A stretch of DNA of 64,000 bases from an uncultured Gemmatimonadales bacterium. GTDB taxonomy: Bacteria > Gemmatimonadota > Gemmatimonadetes > Gemmatimonadales > GWC2-71-9. Of this stretch, positions 9,258 through 19,113 are shown piece by piece. A program made the translations under genes and the position numbers. The stretch is from assembly GCA_963771275.1 (NCBI GenBank), contig CAVYSW010000009.1:312289-376288 (forward strand). The letters are read 5' to 3'. The notes under the pieces were generated by a model. That model did not search any database. It was not told the origin of the DNA and saw only the letters and a list, made by a program, of their open reading frames with translations. Positions within the stretch are counted from its first letter, which is position 1, and every line of letters starts with the position of its first letter.

Positions 9258-10198
9258 GTCCGGCCCAGCCGGCCGTCGTCCTCGACGGCCTGACGCGCGA
9301 CTTCGGCCCCGTCCGCGCGGTCGACGACCTCCGCTTCAGCGTCGCGCCCGGCGAGCTGTTCGGCATCGTGGGCCCCGACGGCGCGGGCAAGACCACGACG
9401 CTCCGGATGCTGGCGGGGGTGCTCCGCCCCACCCGCGGTGACGCCACCGTGGCCGGTGCCAGCGTGGCTCGCGACCCCGAGCGGGTGAAGACCCACATCG
9501 CCTACATGTCCCAGCGTTTCGGCCTGTATACCGACCTCACCGTCCGGGAAAACCTCGAGTTCTACGCGGACCTCTACCTCGTCCCGCGCGGCAAGCGTGC
9601 GGCACGGCTCGAGCGGCTCTACGCCTTCTCGGGACTCGCGCCCTTCGCCGACCGGCTCGCCGGGAAGCTGTCGGGCGGGATGAAGCAGAAGCTGGGGCTG
9701 TCGTGCGCGCTGATTCACCAGCCCGAGGTCCTGCTGCTCGACGAGCCCACGTTCGGCGTCGACCCGATCTCGCGCCGCGATCTCTGGCTCATCGTCCACG
9801 AGATGGTGGCGGCCGGCATGACGACGCTGCTCTCCACTTCCTATCTCGACGAAGCGGAGCGCTGCGATCGGGTGGCGCTGCTCCACGCCGGGAGCCTGCT
9901 CGCGCTCGACACGCCCCCGGCGCTGCAGGCGCGACTCAGCGGGCGGCTGCTCACCGTGCGGACGGACGCACCGCGCCGGGCCCGCGATCTGCTTATCGCC
10001 CTCCCGTTCGTGCGGGACGCCACCCTGTTCGGCGACGCGCTGCACGTGGCCCTCGACGATCCGGCCCGCGACTGGCCCACCGCCCGGGCCGCGCTCGCCG
10101 GCGGTGGGGTCGCGGTCCTCGCGGACGGGCCGATCGAGCCGTCGCTCGAGGACGTGTTCATCGCCGTCGTGCGCGATCGGGAGCCCGTCCATGCCTGA
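9254..10198 (+). CDS. ABC transporter ATP-binding protein (ABC-2/YbhF-like, first copy)
   Basis: Motifs: GPDGAGKTTT, LSGGMKQKLGL, LLLDEPTFGVD. Confidence 0.92.
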   Translation: MSPAQPAVVLDGLTRDFGPVRAVDDLRFSVAPGELFGIVGPDGAGKTTTLRMLAGVLRPTRGDATVAGASVARDPERVKTHIAYMSQRFGLYTDLTVRENLEFYADLYLVPRGKRAARLERLYAFSGLAPFADRLAGKLSGGMKQKLGLSCALIHQPEVLLLDEPTFGVDPISRRDLWLIVHEMVAAGMTTLLSTSYLDEAERCDRVALLHAGSLLALDTPPALQARLSGRLLTVRTDAPRRARDLLIALPFVRDATLFGDALHVALDDPARDWPTARAALAGGGVAVLADGPIEPSLEDVFIAVVRDREPVHA

Positions 10199-11129
10199 CC
10201 CCGTCGTCGTGGACGGCCTCACGCGCCGGTTTGGCGACTTCGTGGCGGTGGACCACGTGTCGTTCGGGGTCGGGACCGGCGAGATCTTCGGCTTCGTCGG
10301 CCCGAACGGCGCGGGCAAGACGACCACCATCAAGCTGCTCACCTGCCTGCTGCGCCCGTCCGAGGGCACCGCCCGCGTGGCCGGCCACGACGTGCGCACC
10401 GAGGCGAAGGCGGTGCGGCAGCGCATCGGCTACATGTCGCAATTGTTCTCGCTCTACGGCGACCTGACCGTCGACGAGAACATCCGGCTGTTCGGGAGCC
10501 TCTACGGCGTCACGGGCGCACGGCTCGCCGAGCGCCGCGCCTGGATCCTCGCGATGGCGGATCTCGCCGGGCGCGGCGACCGCATGACCCGCGAGCTGCC
10601 GCTCGGCTGGAAGCAGCGCCTCGCGCTCGGCTGCGCCGTGTTGCACGAGCCGCCGATCCTGTTTCTCGACGAGCCGACGTCGGGGGTGGATCCCACATCG
10701 CGCCGCCGCTTCTGGGACCTGATCTACCGGCTGGCGGAGGCCGGCACCACGGTGCTCGTGAGCACGCACTACATGGAGGAAGCGGAGTATTGCCACCGGC
10801 TGGCGTTGATGCACCGCGGGCGCCTGATCGCCCTCGACCGGCCGGACCGACTGCGGCGCGACCTGCACCAGCCGGTGCTCGAGGTTCGGGCCGATGACCC
10901 GGCGCGCGCCGTCGAGGCGTTGCGCGGCGCCCCCGGCGTGATCGAGGCGGCGATGTTCGGCCGCGCGGTCCACGTCATGGTTGCCGACGAGGCGGCCGGC
11001 CTCGCGGACGTGTCGCGCCGCCTCGCCGCCGCGGGCCGCCCCGTCACGGCGGTCCGCGCGATCGCGCCGTCGCTCGAGGACGCGTTTGTGGCCCTGGTGC
11101 GTCGTCAGGGTGGGGCGGTGGCCGAATGA
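10191..11129 (+). CDS. ABC transporter ATP-binding protein (second copy)
   Basis: Internal Met MPDPVVVDGL of track ORF 10104..11129. Motifs: GPNGAGKTTT, LPLGWKQRLAL, LFLDEPTSGVD. It overlaps the previous gene by 8 nt. Confidence 0.92.
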   Translation: MPDPVVVDGLTRRFGDFVAVDHVSFGVGTGEIFGFVGPNGAGKTTTIKLLTCLLRPSEGTARVAGHDVRTEAKAVRQRIGYMSQLFSLYGDLTVDENIRLFGSLYGVTGARLAERRAWILAMADLAGRGDRMTRELPLGWKQRLALGCAVLHEPPILFLDEPTSGVDPTSRRRFWDLIYRLAEAGTTVLVSTHYMEEAEYCHRLALMHRGRLIALDRPDRLRRDLHQPVLEVRADDPARAVEALRGAPGVIEAAMFGRAVHVMVADEAAGLADVSRRLAAAGRPVTAVRAIAPSLEDAFVALVRRQGGAVAE

Positions 11130-12235
11130 GCGCGTGGCGCCTCTGGGCCGTCGCCCGGAAGGAGTGGATTCAGCTGCGGCGCGATACCCGGAGCCTCGCC
11201 CTGGCGTTCGCGCTGCCCGCCCTGCTCATCCTCCTCTTCGGCTACGCCATCAGCCTCGACGTCCGCAACATCCCGCTGGCGGTGCTCGATCACAGCCACA
11301 CCCCGGAGAGCCGCCGGCTCGTCGAGGCGCTCGTCGCGTCGCGGTATTTCACCGTGACCACGACGCTCGCGCGTGAGGGAGAGCTGGACGGCGCGCTGCG
11401 CACGGGCCGCGTGCGGCTGGCGCTCGTGATCCCGCCGTCCTTTGTGCGGGATCTCGCCGCCGGGCAGGGGGCGCCGGTGCAGCTGCTGCTCGACGGCAGC
11501 GATGCCAACAGCGCCACGATCGCCCAGAACTACGCCGACGCGATCGTGGCCCGCTACTCCCTCGACGCCGGCGGCCGCTCGGTCGTCCTCCCCGTGGATC
11601 TCCGCACCCGCGTGTGGTACAACGAGACCCTCGAGAGCCGGAACATGGTGGTCCCCGGGCTGATCGCCGTGATCATGTCCATCATCGCGGCCATGCTCAC
11701 CGCCCTCACCATCGCCCGGGAATGGGAGCGCGGCACGATGGAGCAGCTGGCGGCGACGCCGGTCCACCGCATCGAGGTCGTGCTGGGCAAGCTGGTGCCC
11801 TACATCGGCATCGGCTTCGTGGACGTGACGATCGCGGTCGTCACCGGGCGGGTGGTGTTCCACGTCCCGGTGCGCGGCGACCTGCTGCTGCTGGCGGCGC
11901 TCACGCTGCTGTTCCTCCTGGCGGCGCTCGGCTGGGGCGTGTTCCTCTCCGCCGCCCTCAAGTCGCAGCTGCTGGCGACCCAGGCCGCCCTGATCACCAC
12001 CTATCTGCCGGCCCTGCTCCTCTCGGGCTTCATCTTCTCCATCTCCGCCATGCCCCTGGCGTTGCGCGTGATCACGCACATCGTGCCGGCCCGCTACTTC
12101 GTCACGATCACCAAGGGGATCTTCCTCAAGGCGGTGGGCCTCGAGACCCTCTGGCCCGAAGTGCTGGCGCTGGCCGCGTTCTCGGCCGGCGGGCTCGGGC
12201 TCGCGCTCCGGTCGTTCCGCAAGGAGCTCGGGTGA
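11126..12235 (+). CDS. ABC-2 type transporter permease (YbhS/YbhR-like)
   Basis: 369 aa. It has an N-terminal TM segment, a large loop and 5 C-terminal TM segments. ATGA overlap with the ATPase gene. Confidence 0.9.
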   Translation: MSAWRLWAVARKEWIQLRRDTRSLALAFALPALLILLFGYAISLDVRNIPLAVLDHSHTPESRRLVEALVASRYFTVTTTLAREGELDGALRTGRVRLALVIPPSFVRDLAAGQGAPVQLLLDGSDANSATIAQNYADAIVARYSLDAGGRSVVLPVDLRTRVWYNETLESRNMVVPGLIAVIMSIIAAMLTALTIAREWERGTMEQLAATPVHRIEVVLGKLVPYIGIGFVDVTIAVVTGRVVFHVPVRGDLLLLAALTLLFLLAALGWGVFLSAALKSQLLATQAALITTYLPALLLSGFIFSISAMPLALRVITHIVPARYFVTITKGIFLKAVGLETLWPEVLALAAFSAGGLGLALRSFRKELG

Positions 12236-13359
12236 GCCTGTCCCTCCTGCGTCTGCGCGAGATGGTGGGCAAGGAGGCACGACAGCTGCTCCGCGACTTC
12301 CGGACGCGCGGGCTGATCTTCGTCGCACCGCTCGTTCAGCTCCTGGTGTTCGGGTACGCGGTGAACACCGACGTGCCGAACACCGCGACCTTCGTGGTGG
12401 ACCACGACCACACCGCCGTCTCGCGCGAGCTGATCGACGCGTTCCAGCACACCGGCTACTTCGCGGTGGTCGGCACCTCCGAGCGTTCGGCCGACCTCGC
12501 GCGCGCGCTTGACCGGAGCGACGCGGTCGTCGGGATCGAGATCCCGCCCGGGTTCACTCGGCAGCTCGCCGCCGGGGGCCCCGCCGAGGTGCAGATCCTG
12601 CTCGACGGCAGCAGCTCCAACACGGCGACGGTCGCCCAGGGCTACGCCACGCGCATCGTGCAGCGGTTCGCCCTGGCACACCTGCCCGCCGGCGCCCTCC
12701 CCCGCGCCGGCGTGGACCTCCGCGTCCGTCCATGGTACAACCCGACCCTCGAGAGCCGCGCGTACAACGTCCCGGCCGTGATGGGCCTGCTCCTGCTGCT
12801 GATGAGCCTCGTGCTCACGGCGCTCTCGATCGTGCGCGAGCGCGAGGACGGGACCCTCGAGCAACTGCTGGTGAGCCCGCTCTCGCCGGCCGAGTTCCTG
12901 CTCGGGAAGACGATTCCCGCCGCGCTGGTGGCTCTGGTCGACCTCGTGACGATCACCGCGGTGTCGATCCTCTGGTTCCACATCCCGCTGCGCGGATCGG
13001 CCCTGGCGCTCCTGGCGGCGGCGATCCTGTTCATCCTCGCGGCCATCGCGCTCGGACTGTTCATCTCGACGATCTCGCACACGCAGCAGGAGGCGTTCAT
13101 GACGATGTTCCTGCTGCTGCTGCCGTCCATCATCCTGTCCGGGTTCTTCTACCCGATCAGCAGCATGCCGCGCGTATTCCAGATCATCACGCTGGTCAAC
13201 CCGGTGCGGCACTTCCTGGAGATCGTGCGCGGGGTCTTCCTCAAGGGGGCCGGCTTCGTCCCGCTGTGGGACCACTACGCCTGGCTCGCGGTGATCGCGG
13301 CGGCAACGATGACCCTTGCCATCGCCCGGTTCGCCCGCACCACGGCCCGCGGCGTCTAA
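12232..13359 (+). CDS. ABC-2 type transporter permease (paralog)
   Basis: GTG start overlapping the previous stop (GTGA). The protein begins VSLSLLRLREMVGKEARQLLRDFR and has the same topology as the preceding gene. An alternative ATG lies at 12262. Confidence 0.88.
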   Translation: MSLSLLRLREMVGKEARQLLRDFRTRGLIFVAPLVQLLVFGYAVNTDVPNTATFVVDHDHTAVSRELIDAFQHTGYFAVVGTSERSADLARALDRSDAVVGIEIPPGFTRQLAAGGPAEVQILLDGSSSNTATVAQGYATRIVQRFALAHLPAGALPRAGVDLRVRPWYNPTLESRAYNVPAVMGLLLLLMSLVLTALSIVREREDGTLEQLLVSPLSPAEFLLGKTIPAALVALVDLVTITAVSILWFHIPLRGSALALLAAAILFILAAIALGLFISTISHTQQEAFMTMFLLLLPSIILSGFFYPISSMPRVFQIITLVNPVRHFLEIVRGVFLKGAGFVPLWDHYAWLAVIAAATMTLAIARFARTTARGV

Positions 13360-13401
13360 CCCACTCCCCCCGCGGCGGCCACCGCGTAGGTTTCACAGCG
13401 G

Positions 13402-14058
13402 ATGACCAGCTCGGCGTTCGCGGAGCAGCGCTGCCAGATGGTCCGGCGGCAGCTTGCCGAACGCGGGATCACCGATCGCCGCGTTCTCGCGGCGATGCGC
13501 GCCATTCCCCGGGAGCAGTTCGTCCCGGCCGACCTGATCCACGACGCCTACGGCGACCATCCGCTCCGGATCGGCGCCGGCCAGACCATCTCCCAGCCGT
13601 ACATCGTCGCCCTCATGACCGAGGCCGCGCACCTCACGCGGCGGAGCCGGGTGCTCGAGATCGGTGCCGGGAGCGGCTATCACGCCGCGGTGCTCGCCCG
13701 GCTCGCCGCCGCCGTCTGGACCATCGATCGGCTGCCCGACCTCGCCCGGCAGGCACGGCAGCGCCTCGCGACGCTCGGTGCGGCGAACGTCGCCGTCCTG
13801 ATCGGGGACGGCGCGCTGGGCTACCCGCCCGCAGCCCCGTATGACGCGATCCTCGTCGCCGCCGCGGCCCCGCGACCACCAGCGCCGCTGCTCCGCCAGT
13901 TGGCGCCCGGCGGACGGCTCGTCATTCCCGTCGGCGCCCGCGACGTCCAGCAGCTCACGGTCTACGAGCGAACGGCGCAAGGCACCGTGGCGCACGATCT
14001 GTGCGCGTGCTGCTTCGTCCCGCTGGTCTCGCGCGAGGCGTTCGACCGGGCTCCGTGA
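13402..14058 (+). CDS. pcm: Protein-L-isoaspartate O-methyltransferase
   Basis: 218 aa. It has the motif ISQPYIVALM and the SAM motif VLEIGAGSGYHAAVL. Confidence 0.92.
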   Translation: MTSSAFAEQRCQMVRRQLAERGITDRRVLAAMRAIPREQFVPADLIHDAYGDHPLRIGAGQTISQPYIVALMTEAAHLTRRSRVLEIGAGSGYHAAVLARLAAAVWTIDRLPDLARQARQRLATLGAANVAVLIGDGALGYPPAAPYDAILVAAAAPRPPAPLLRQLAPGGRLVIPVGARDVQQLTVYERTAQGTVAHDLCACCFVPLVSREAFDRAP

Positions 14059-14181
14059 GCCGGCCGCCAGCGCGAGGCGCGGGTGGCGGGGCACACCGGT
14101 CCGGGGTATGATTAGCTCCCAGTTCACAGGGATATCCCGCTGCGCCCGACCCGCTCGACGACCCGTGCCGGCGCCTTCTGG

Positions 14182-14793
14182 GTGCCAGCCCTCGCCCTCG
14201 GGCTCGCGCCCGCCACGGCGCCGGCGCAGGTGGCCATTGGCGCCCGCGCCGGCGTCCAGCTCACCTCCGCGCTGGTGCACGACTCCGTGGTGGAGTCGAT
14301 CACGGTCCAGGTGAAGCCCGCCCCGGTCTTCGGGGTGTGGCTCGACGCCCCGCTCGGCGGGCCGTACATCATGGTCGCGGGCGTCGCGCTGAGCCGCAGC
14401 GATGTGGTGGCGCATGCCGCCAGCGGCGACGTGTCCCTCACGGGCCTCACGGTGTGGCACCCGACGCTGGCCGTGCGCCGGGCCGTCAGGCCGTGGATCG
14501 GGATCGAAGCGCGGGTCGGCGCCATCATCTATGCCCCGAGCAAGCGCACCGCCAACCTGTTCCAGGACGGGGCCCCGGTGGACGCGACGCTGGGCGCGGG
14601 CGTGCAGGTCGAGCGCCGGCTTGGCGGCGGCTTCGCGGCCGGCCTCTCCCTGCAGTACGACGCCACCCGCTTCACCACGCAGACGCTCCAGACCCAGGGC
14701 TTCGTCGGCGCCACGGTGGTGCACCGCGTCGCGCTCTCGGCCACCATTCGCCGGGTCCTCCGGGCGGGAACGCGCCATGCGGCCGCGCGCTAG
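14182..14793 (+). CDS. Hypothetical secreted / outer-membrane beta-barrel-like protein
   Basis: It shows alternating beta-strand-like pattern and an AxA-type signal end (APATAPAQ). The frame is open from 14116 with no ATG/GTG before 14182. A CTG at 14140 would give a better signal peptide, so the start is uncertain. Confidence 0.5.
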   Translation: MPALALGLAPATAPAQVAIGARAGVQLTSALVHDSVVESITVQVKPAPVFGVWLDAPLGGPYIMVAGVALSRSDVVAHAASGDVSLTGLTVWHPTLAVRRAVRPWIGIEARVGAIIYAPSKRTANLFQDGAPVDATLGAGVQVERRLGGGFAAGLSLQYDATRFTTQTLQTQGFVGATVVHRVALSATIRRVLRAGTRHAAAR

Positions 14794-15421
14794 CCACGTC
14801 GTCGTGCTCGCGCTGGCCGCCGCGGGGTGCGACGTCGCCACGGCGCCCCCGCGGGCCACGATCTACGCGTTCGACCTGGAGGCCAGCGGCCTCGTGTTCC
14901 ACTGGCCGGCGGGCCGCCTCCCCGTCCGCTACTGGGTGGACCCGGCGGCGGGGCCCATCGCGCGGTACGCCGAGACCGGCCTCCGGGCGTGGGAATCGCA
15001 GTTTCTCTACGGCGAGTTCACCGGCGTTCTGGTGACGGATTCGTCCCGCGCCGACGTGCTCATCGCGGTCGCCGGGCCGACACCGCCGGACGTCCCGCTC
15101 ACCGAGGCGGCCCCGGTGGACGCGTGCGGCGGCGCAACGCGCAATGCGTTCTCCACGGACGACTACACGCTCCTCGGCCCGTTCCAGGTGACCATCAACT
15201 GGGACCGGAACTACAGCGATGCGGACGTGGCCAACTGCCTACGGCGCGTCACCGCCCACGAGATCGGTCACACGCTCGGGCTCCTGGCCGAGAGTCCCGG
15301 CCCGCTGGATCTCATGAATACCGCGCCGAAGGTCGCCGTGCCGTCGGCGGATGACCGGGCCACGGTCGCCACGCTCTACCACACGACGCCGTCGATCGCT
15401 CCGCCGGTACGGCCTCCATGA
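14777..15421 (+). CDS. Small lipoprotein zinc metalloprotease, metzincin/matrixin-like (HEIGHTLGL)
   Basis: Internal Met of track ORF 14402..15421. It has a lipobox LAAAGC, the HExxHxxG motif and a downstream DLM (Met-turn-like). It overlaps the previous gene by 17 nt. Confidence 0.7.
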   Translation: MRPRASHVVVLALAAAGCDVATAPPRATIYAFDLEASGLVFHWPAGRLPVRYWVDPAAGPIARYAETGLRAWESQFLYGEFTGVLVTDSSRADVLIAVAGPTPPDVPLTEAAPVDACGGATRNAFSTDDYTLLGPFQVTINWDRNYSDADVANCLRRVTAHEIGHTLGLLAESPGPLDLMNTAPKVAVPSADDRATVATLYHTTPSIAPPVRPP

Positions 15422-16038
15422 CGCCTCGCCTCGCGCTCGCCCTGCTGGCACTGACCGGCTGCGCCGACGTGGGCATGCCGGAGCGGCCGGTGCCCTACCA
15501 GTTCGCCTACACCATCCCGAGTGGGTTCGTGGCGGTGTTTCACTGGCCGTCCTCCGCCCTGCCGGTGCGCGTCTGGGTCGAGCCCAACGGCGACCTGCCC
15601 TCCGATGTCGCGCACGGCCTGCGACTCTGGGAGAGCGTCGCCATCTACGGCGAATTCCGTGGGGTGCTGGTGGCGGATTCGACGCGGGCCGACGTGATCG
15701 TCACGATGGGAGCCCCCGAGGTACCGGGCCCGGGCGCCGTCCTCTCCTGCAGCGCCGGCACGGCCTGGGGGATCAACCTCGACACGACCATCGTGCTCCC
15801 GTTCCGGACGACCCTCAGGCGGCGCGCCCTGGGGTCGACGTCGGACACGCAGGCGTGCCTCCGCATCGTGGCGGCCCACGAGCTCGGGCACACCCTGGGC
15901 CTCATCCCCGAGAGCGACGACCCCGGCGACCTCATGTACGGCATCCCGACGGTCAGCGAACCGTCAGCCCGCGACCGTGCGACGTTCACCACCCTGTACC
16001 ACACGCAGCCCACGGTCCGCCTGCCGGCCGGCCGGTAG
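15418..16038 (+). CDS. Small lipoprotein zinc metalloprotease, tandem paralog (HELGHTLGL)
   Basis: Lipobox LALTGC. It is colinear with the preceding protein (FHWP..LPVR.WV, GLR.WES..YGEF.GVLV.DS.RADV, HE.GHTLGL, DLM, TLYHT). ATGA overlap. Confidence 0.7.
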   Translation: MTPRLALALLALTGCADVGMPERPVPYQFAYTIPSGFVAVFHWPSSALPVRVWVEPNGDLPSDVAHGLRLWESVAIYGEFRGVLVADSTRADVIVTMGAPEVPGPGAVLSCSAGTAWGINLDTTIVLPFRTTLRRRALGSTSDTQACLRIVAAHELGHTLGLIPESDDPGDLMYGIPTVSEPSARDRATFTTLYHTQPTVRLPAGR

Positions 16039-16065
16039 CGCGGTGCCGCGGCGCCGCCCGGCTCG

Positions 16066-17649
16066 ATGACCCGACCCGGTTCCGTCATCGCGCCCGGGCT
16101 CGTGCCGCGCGGCCCCGTCCATCGCAACTTCGGGCCGGTGGCCCTGTACGAGGCCGCGATCCGTCGGGGGGAGGGGCGGGTCGTGGCCGGCGGTCCGTTC
16201 GCGGCGGTCACCACGCCGCACACGGGCCGCTCCCCCAACGACAAGTTCGTGGTCCGTGAGCCCGGTTCCGAGCGGGACATCTGGTGGGGTCCGGTGAACC
16301 AGCCGATGGAGCCGGCACAGTACGAGGCCCTCCGGCGGGACGTGCTCGAGCATCTCGGCGGCCGGGAGCTGTTCGTCCGCGACGCGTTCGCCGGTGCTGC
16401 GCCGGCCCATCGCGTCTCCGTGCGCTTCGTCACCGAGAACGCCTGGCACGCGCTGTTCGCGTCCAACATGTTCATCCGCCCCAGTCGCGGCGAAACCGAC
16501 GCCTTCGCGCCCGAGTGGATCGTGCTGCATGCGCCCGAGATGTCGGCGGACCCCGCGCGGCACGGCACGCGCAGCGGCACCTTCGTCGTGCTGCATCCCG
16601 GCGAGCGCGCGGTGCTGATCGGCGGCACGCGCTACGCCGGCGAGCTGAAGAAGTCCATCTTCACGGTGCTCAACTACCTCTACCCGGCGCAGGACATTCT
16701 CCCGATGCACTGCGCGGCCAACGTCGGCGATCGCGGGGACGTGGCGCTGTTCTTCGGGCTCTCGGGCACCGGCAAGACGACGCTCTCCGCCGACGCCACG
16801 CGCGGGCTGATCGGCGACGACGAGCACGGGTGGAGCGCGACGGGCGTGTTCAACTTCGAGGGGGGGTGCTACGCCAAGGTCATCCGCCTCTCGGCCGAGG
16901 GCGAGCCGGAGATCTACGCCGCGACCCGCCGGTTCGGCACGATCCTCGAGAACGTGGCGCTCGACGAGGAGACGCGGGAGGTCGATCTCGCCAGTCCGGC
17001 GATCACCGAGAATACCCGCGCGTCCTACCCGATCCCGTTCATCCCCAACCACGTGCCGGGCGGCCACTCCGGCCACCCGTCGCACATCGTCTTGCTCACC
17101 GCCGACGCGTTCGGCGTGCTGCCGCCGATCGCCCGGCTGACCCCCGAGCAGGCGATGTACCATTTCCTGGCCGGGTACACGGCGAAGGTGGCGGGGACCG
17201 AGCGCGGCGTGAGCGAGCCGGAGGCCACGTTCAGCGCCTGCTTCGGCGCGCCGTTCCTGCCGCGTCACCCGGGTGTGTACGCCCGGATGCTCGGCGAGCG
17301 GATCGGCCGGCATCGCGTGTCCTGCTGGCTGGTCAACACCGGGTGGACGGCGGGTCCGTACGGCGAGGGCCATCGCATGCGCCTCAGCCACACGCGCGCG
17401 CTGCTCCGGGCCGCCCTCGCCGGCCGGCTGGACGACGTGCCGTCGCGCGACGATCCGGTCTTCGGCGTCCGCGTCCCCACGGCGGTCCCCGGCGTGCCGG
17501 ACGAGATGCTCGACCCGCGCGGCACCTGGGCCGATTCCTCCCGCTACGACGCGGCGGCGCGCAGGCTGGCGGAGCTGTTCCATCAGCACTTCGCGCGGTA
17601 CGCGGACCAGGTGGAGCCGGCGGTCCGGGCCGCGGGCCCCCGCCGCTAG
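16066..17649 (+). CDS. pckA: Phosphoenolpyruvate carboxykinase (ATP)
   Basis: 527 aa. It has the kinase-1a motif [11 protein letters not shown] and the typical IGDDEHGW motif. Confidence 0.95.
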   Translation: MTRPGSVIAPGLVPRGPVHRNFGPVALYEAAIRRGEGRVVAGGPFAAVTTPHTGRSPNDKFVVREPGSERDIWWGPVNQPMEPAQYEALRRDVLEHLGGRELFVRDAFAGAAPAHRVSVRFVTENAWHALFASNMFIRPSRGETDAFAPEWIVLHAPEMSADPARHGTRSGTFVVLHPGERAVLIGGTRYAGELKKSIFTVLNYLYPAQDILPMHCAANVGDRGDVALFFGLSGTGKTTLSADATRGLIGDDEHGWSATGVFNFEGGCYAKVIRLSAEGEPEIYAATRRFGTILENVALDEETREVDLASPAITENTRASYPIPFIPNHVPGGHSGHPSHIVLLTADAFGVLPPIARLTPEQAMYHFLAGYTAKVAGTERGVSEPEATFSACFGAPFLPRHPGVYARMLGERIGRHRVSCWLVNTGWTAGPYGEGHRMRLSHTRALLRAALAGRLDDVPSRDDPVFGVRVPTAVPGVPDEMLDPRGTWADSSRYDAAARRLAELFHQHFARYADQVEPAVRAAGPRR

Positions 17650-17657
17650 GCAGGCGC

Positions 17658-18920
17658 ATGGCCGGGGCGGGCGGCTTCGAGGTGGTGCGCGATCCCCTGT
17701 GGAACAACATCGGGATCGACCCGCAGGCGCTGCCCATCCTCGACAGCGCGCCGTTTCAGCGCCTCCGCTACGTCCGCCAGCTCGGCCACGCGTTCCTCGT
17801 CTACCCCGGCGCGACCCACACCCGCTTCGAGCACGCGCTCGGCACGTATCACCTCGCGCGACGCGCGCTGTCGCTGCTGGCGGAGCGGGGAGCGCTCGAC
17901 GGTGTCGCCCCCGAGGAGGTGACGCTTGTGCGGCTGGCGGCGCTGCTGCACGACGTCGGCCATTACCCGTTCTCCCACGCGCTCGAGGAAGCCGGGCTGC
18001 CGTCGCACGAGCAGCTGGCGCGCGAGCACCTCACGCATCCCGAGCTCGCCGTGGCGCTCGCCGCGACCGGCGTCGCCCACGCGGAGCGCCGCATCGCCGA
18101 GCTGATCGTGGGCCGGAGCCCGAGCCCGCTTCAGGGCCTGATCTCGGGCTCGCTCGATCTCGACAAGATCGAGTACCTGACGCGCGATGCGCGGATGTGC
18201 GGCGTGCCGTACGGCACGGTGGACGTGGACCGCCTGCTCCACTCGCTCACCCTCGTGCCGGGCGCGGCGGGCCAGACGGTCGGGCTGCACGAGAAGGGCG
18301 TGAGCGCGCTCGAGTCCCTCCTGTTTGCGAAGTACCAGATGTACCGCAACGTGTACTGGCACCACGCCGTGCGCAGCGCCACGGTGATGTTCAAGCGCGT
18401 CGTGCGGAGCGCGCTGGCGCGCGCCGTGCTCGATCCCGCGTGGATCGCGCAGGCCTCGGACGAGGCGCTGATGGAGCGGCTGCGGACATTGCCGGATGCG
18501 CCGCTCGCCGAGCGGCTGCGGCGGCGCCAGCTGTTCAAGCGGGTGCTCGACCTGCCGGCTGCGGAGCTTCCTCCGGGGGCGGGGACCTGGGTGGCGGAGG
18601 ATCCCGACCTCACGGCCCGCGTGGAAGACCGGCTCGCGGTGGAGTGCGGCCGCCGACCCGGTGAGCTGCTGCTCGACTTCCCCGCCAAGCCTGCGATGCT
18701 GTCGGGAGACGTGCCCGTGCTCGCGCGGGACGGCACCGTGGCGCCGGCGCGACTCGGGATCCTGCAGGTCGCCGACGCGCTCCACACCACCGCGCGGCGG
18801 CTCCGGTTGTACGCCGGCGCTCCGCTCGCCGTGGCGCCGCAGGGAATGGTGACGCTGCTGGAGGAATCCGCGGTGGAGGTCGAGGCCCACCTGGCCGCGG
18901 ACCGGGCGCTGCTGCGCTAG
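17658..18920 (+). CDS. HD-domain phosphohydrolase, SAMHD1/dGTPase-like (COG1078-type)
   Basis: Internal Met MAGAGGFEVVRDPLW of track ORF 16284..18920. Motifs: RLRYVRQLG, TRFEHALGT, HDVGHYPFSH, DLDKIEYLTRD. Confidence 0.85.
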   Translation: MAGAGGFEVVRDPLWNNIGIDPQALPILDSAPFQRLRYVRQLGHAFLVYPGATHTRFEHALGTYHLARRALSLLAERGALDGVAPEEVTLVRLAALLHDVGHYPFSHALEEAGLPSHEQLAREHLTHPELAVALAATGVAHAERRIAELIVGRSPSPLQGLISGSLDLDKIEYLTRDARMCGVPYGTVDVDRLLHSLTLVPGAAGQTVGLHEKGVSALESLLFAKYQMYRNVYWHHAVRSATVMFKRVVRSALARAVLDPAWIAQASDEALMERLRTLPDAPLAERLRRRQLFKRVLDLPAAELPPGAGTWVAEDPDLTARVEDRLAVECGRRPGELLLDFPAKPAMLSGDVPVLARDGTVAPARLGILQVADALHTTARRLRLYAGAPLAVAPQGMVTLLEESAVEVEAHLAADRALLR

Positions 18921-19113
18921 CCCGCCGCCGCGCGCGGGCGGCCGCCGGCCTCCGCCAGCTCCGCCGCCACCGCCCGATAGTAGCGCCCGTCGTCCGGCCG
19001 CCCCGCCTCATCCATCGCGACCGCGCACACCTCGAGGGCGTACAGCAGCGGGCCAAGATGCTGGGCGGCTACTGCCCCCACGGCGTCGGAATTGGGACCG
19101 GCCGCCGCGGCGG

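Noticed and set aside
18921-19113. Short minus-strand ORF (…LGPLLYALEVCAVAMDEAGRPDDGRYYRAVAAELAEAGG) in the convergent spacer after the PP2C gene
   Set aside because: The only start candidate gives a 32-aa peptide without an RBS. The longer frame has no start outside the PP2C gene. The evidence is insufficient.
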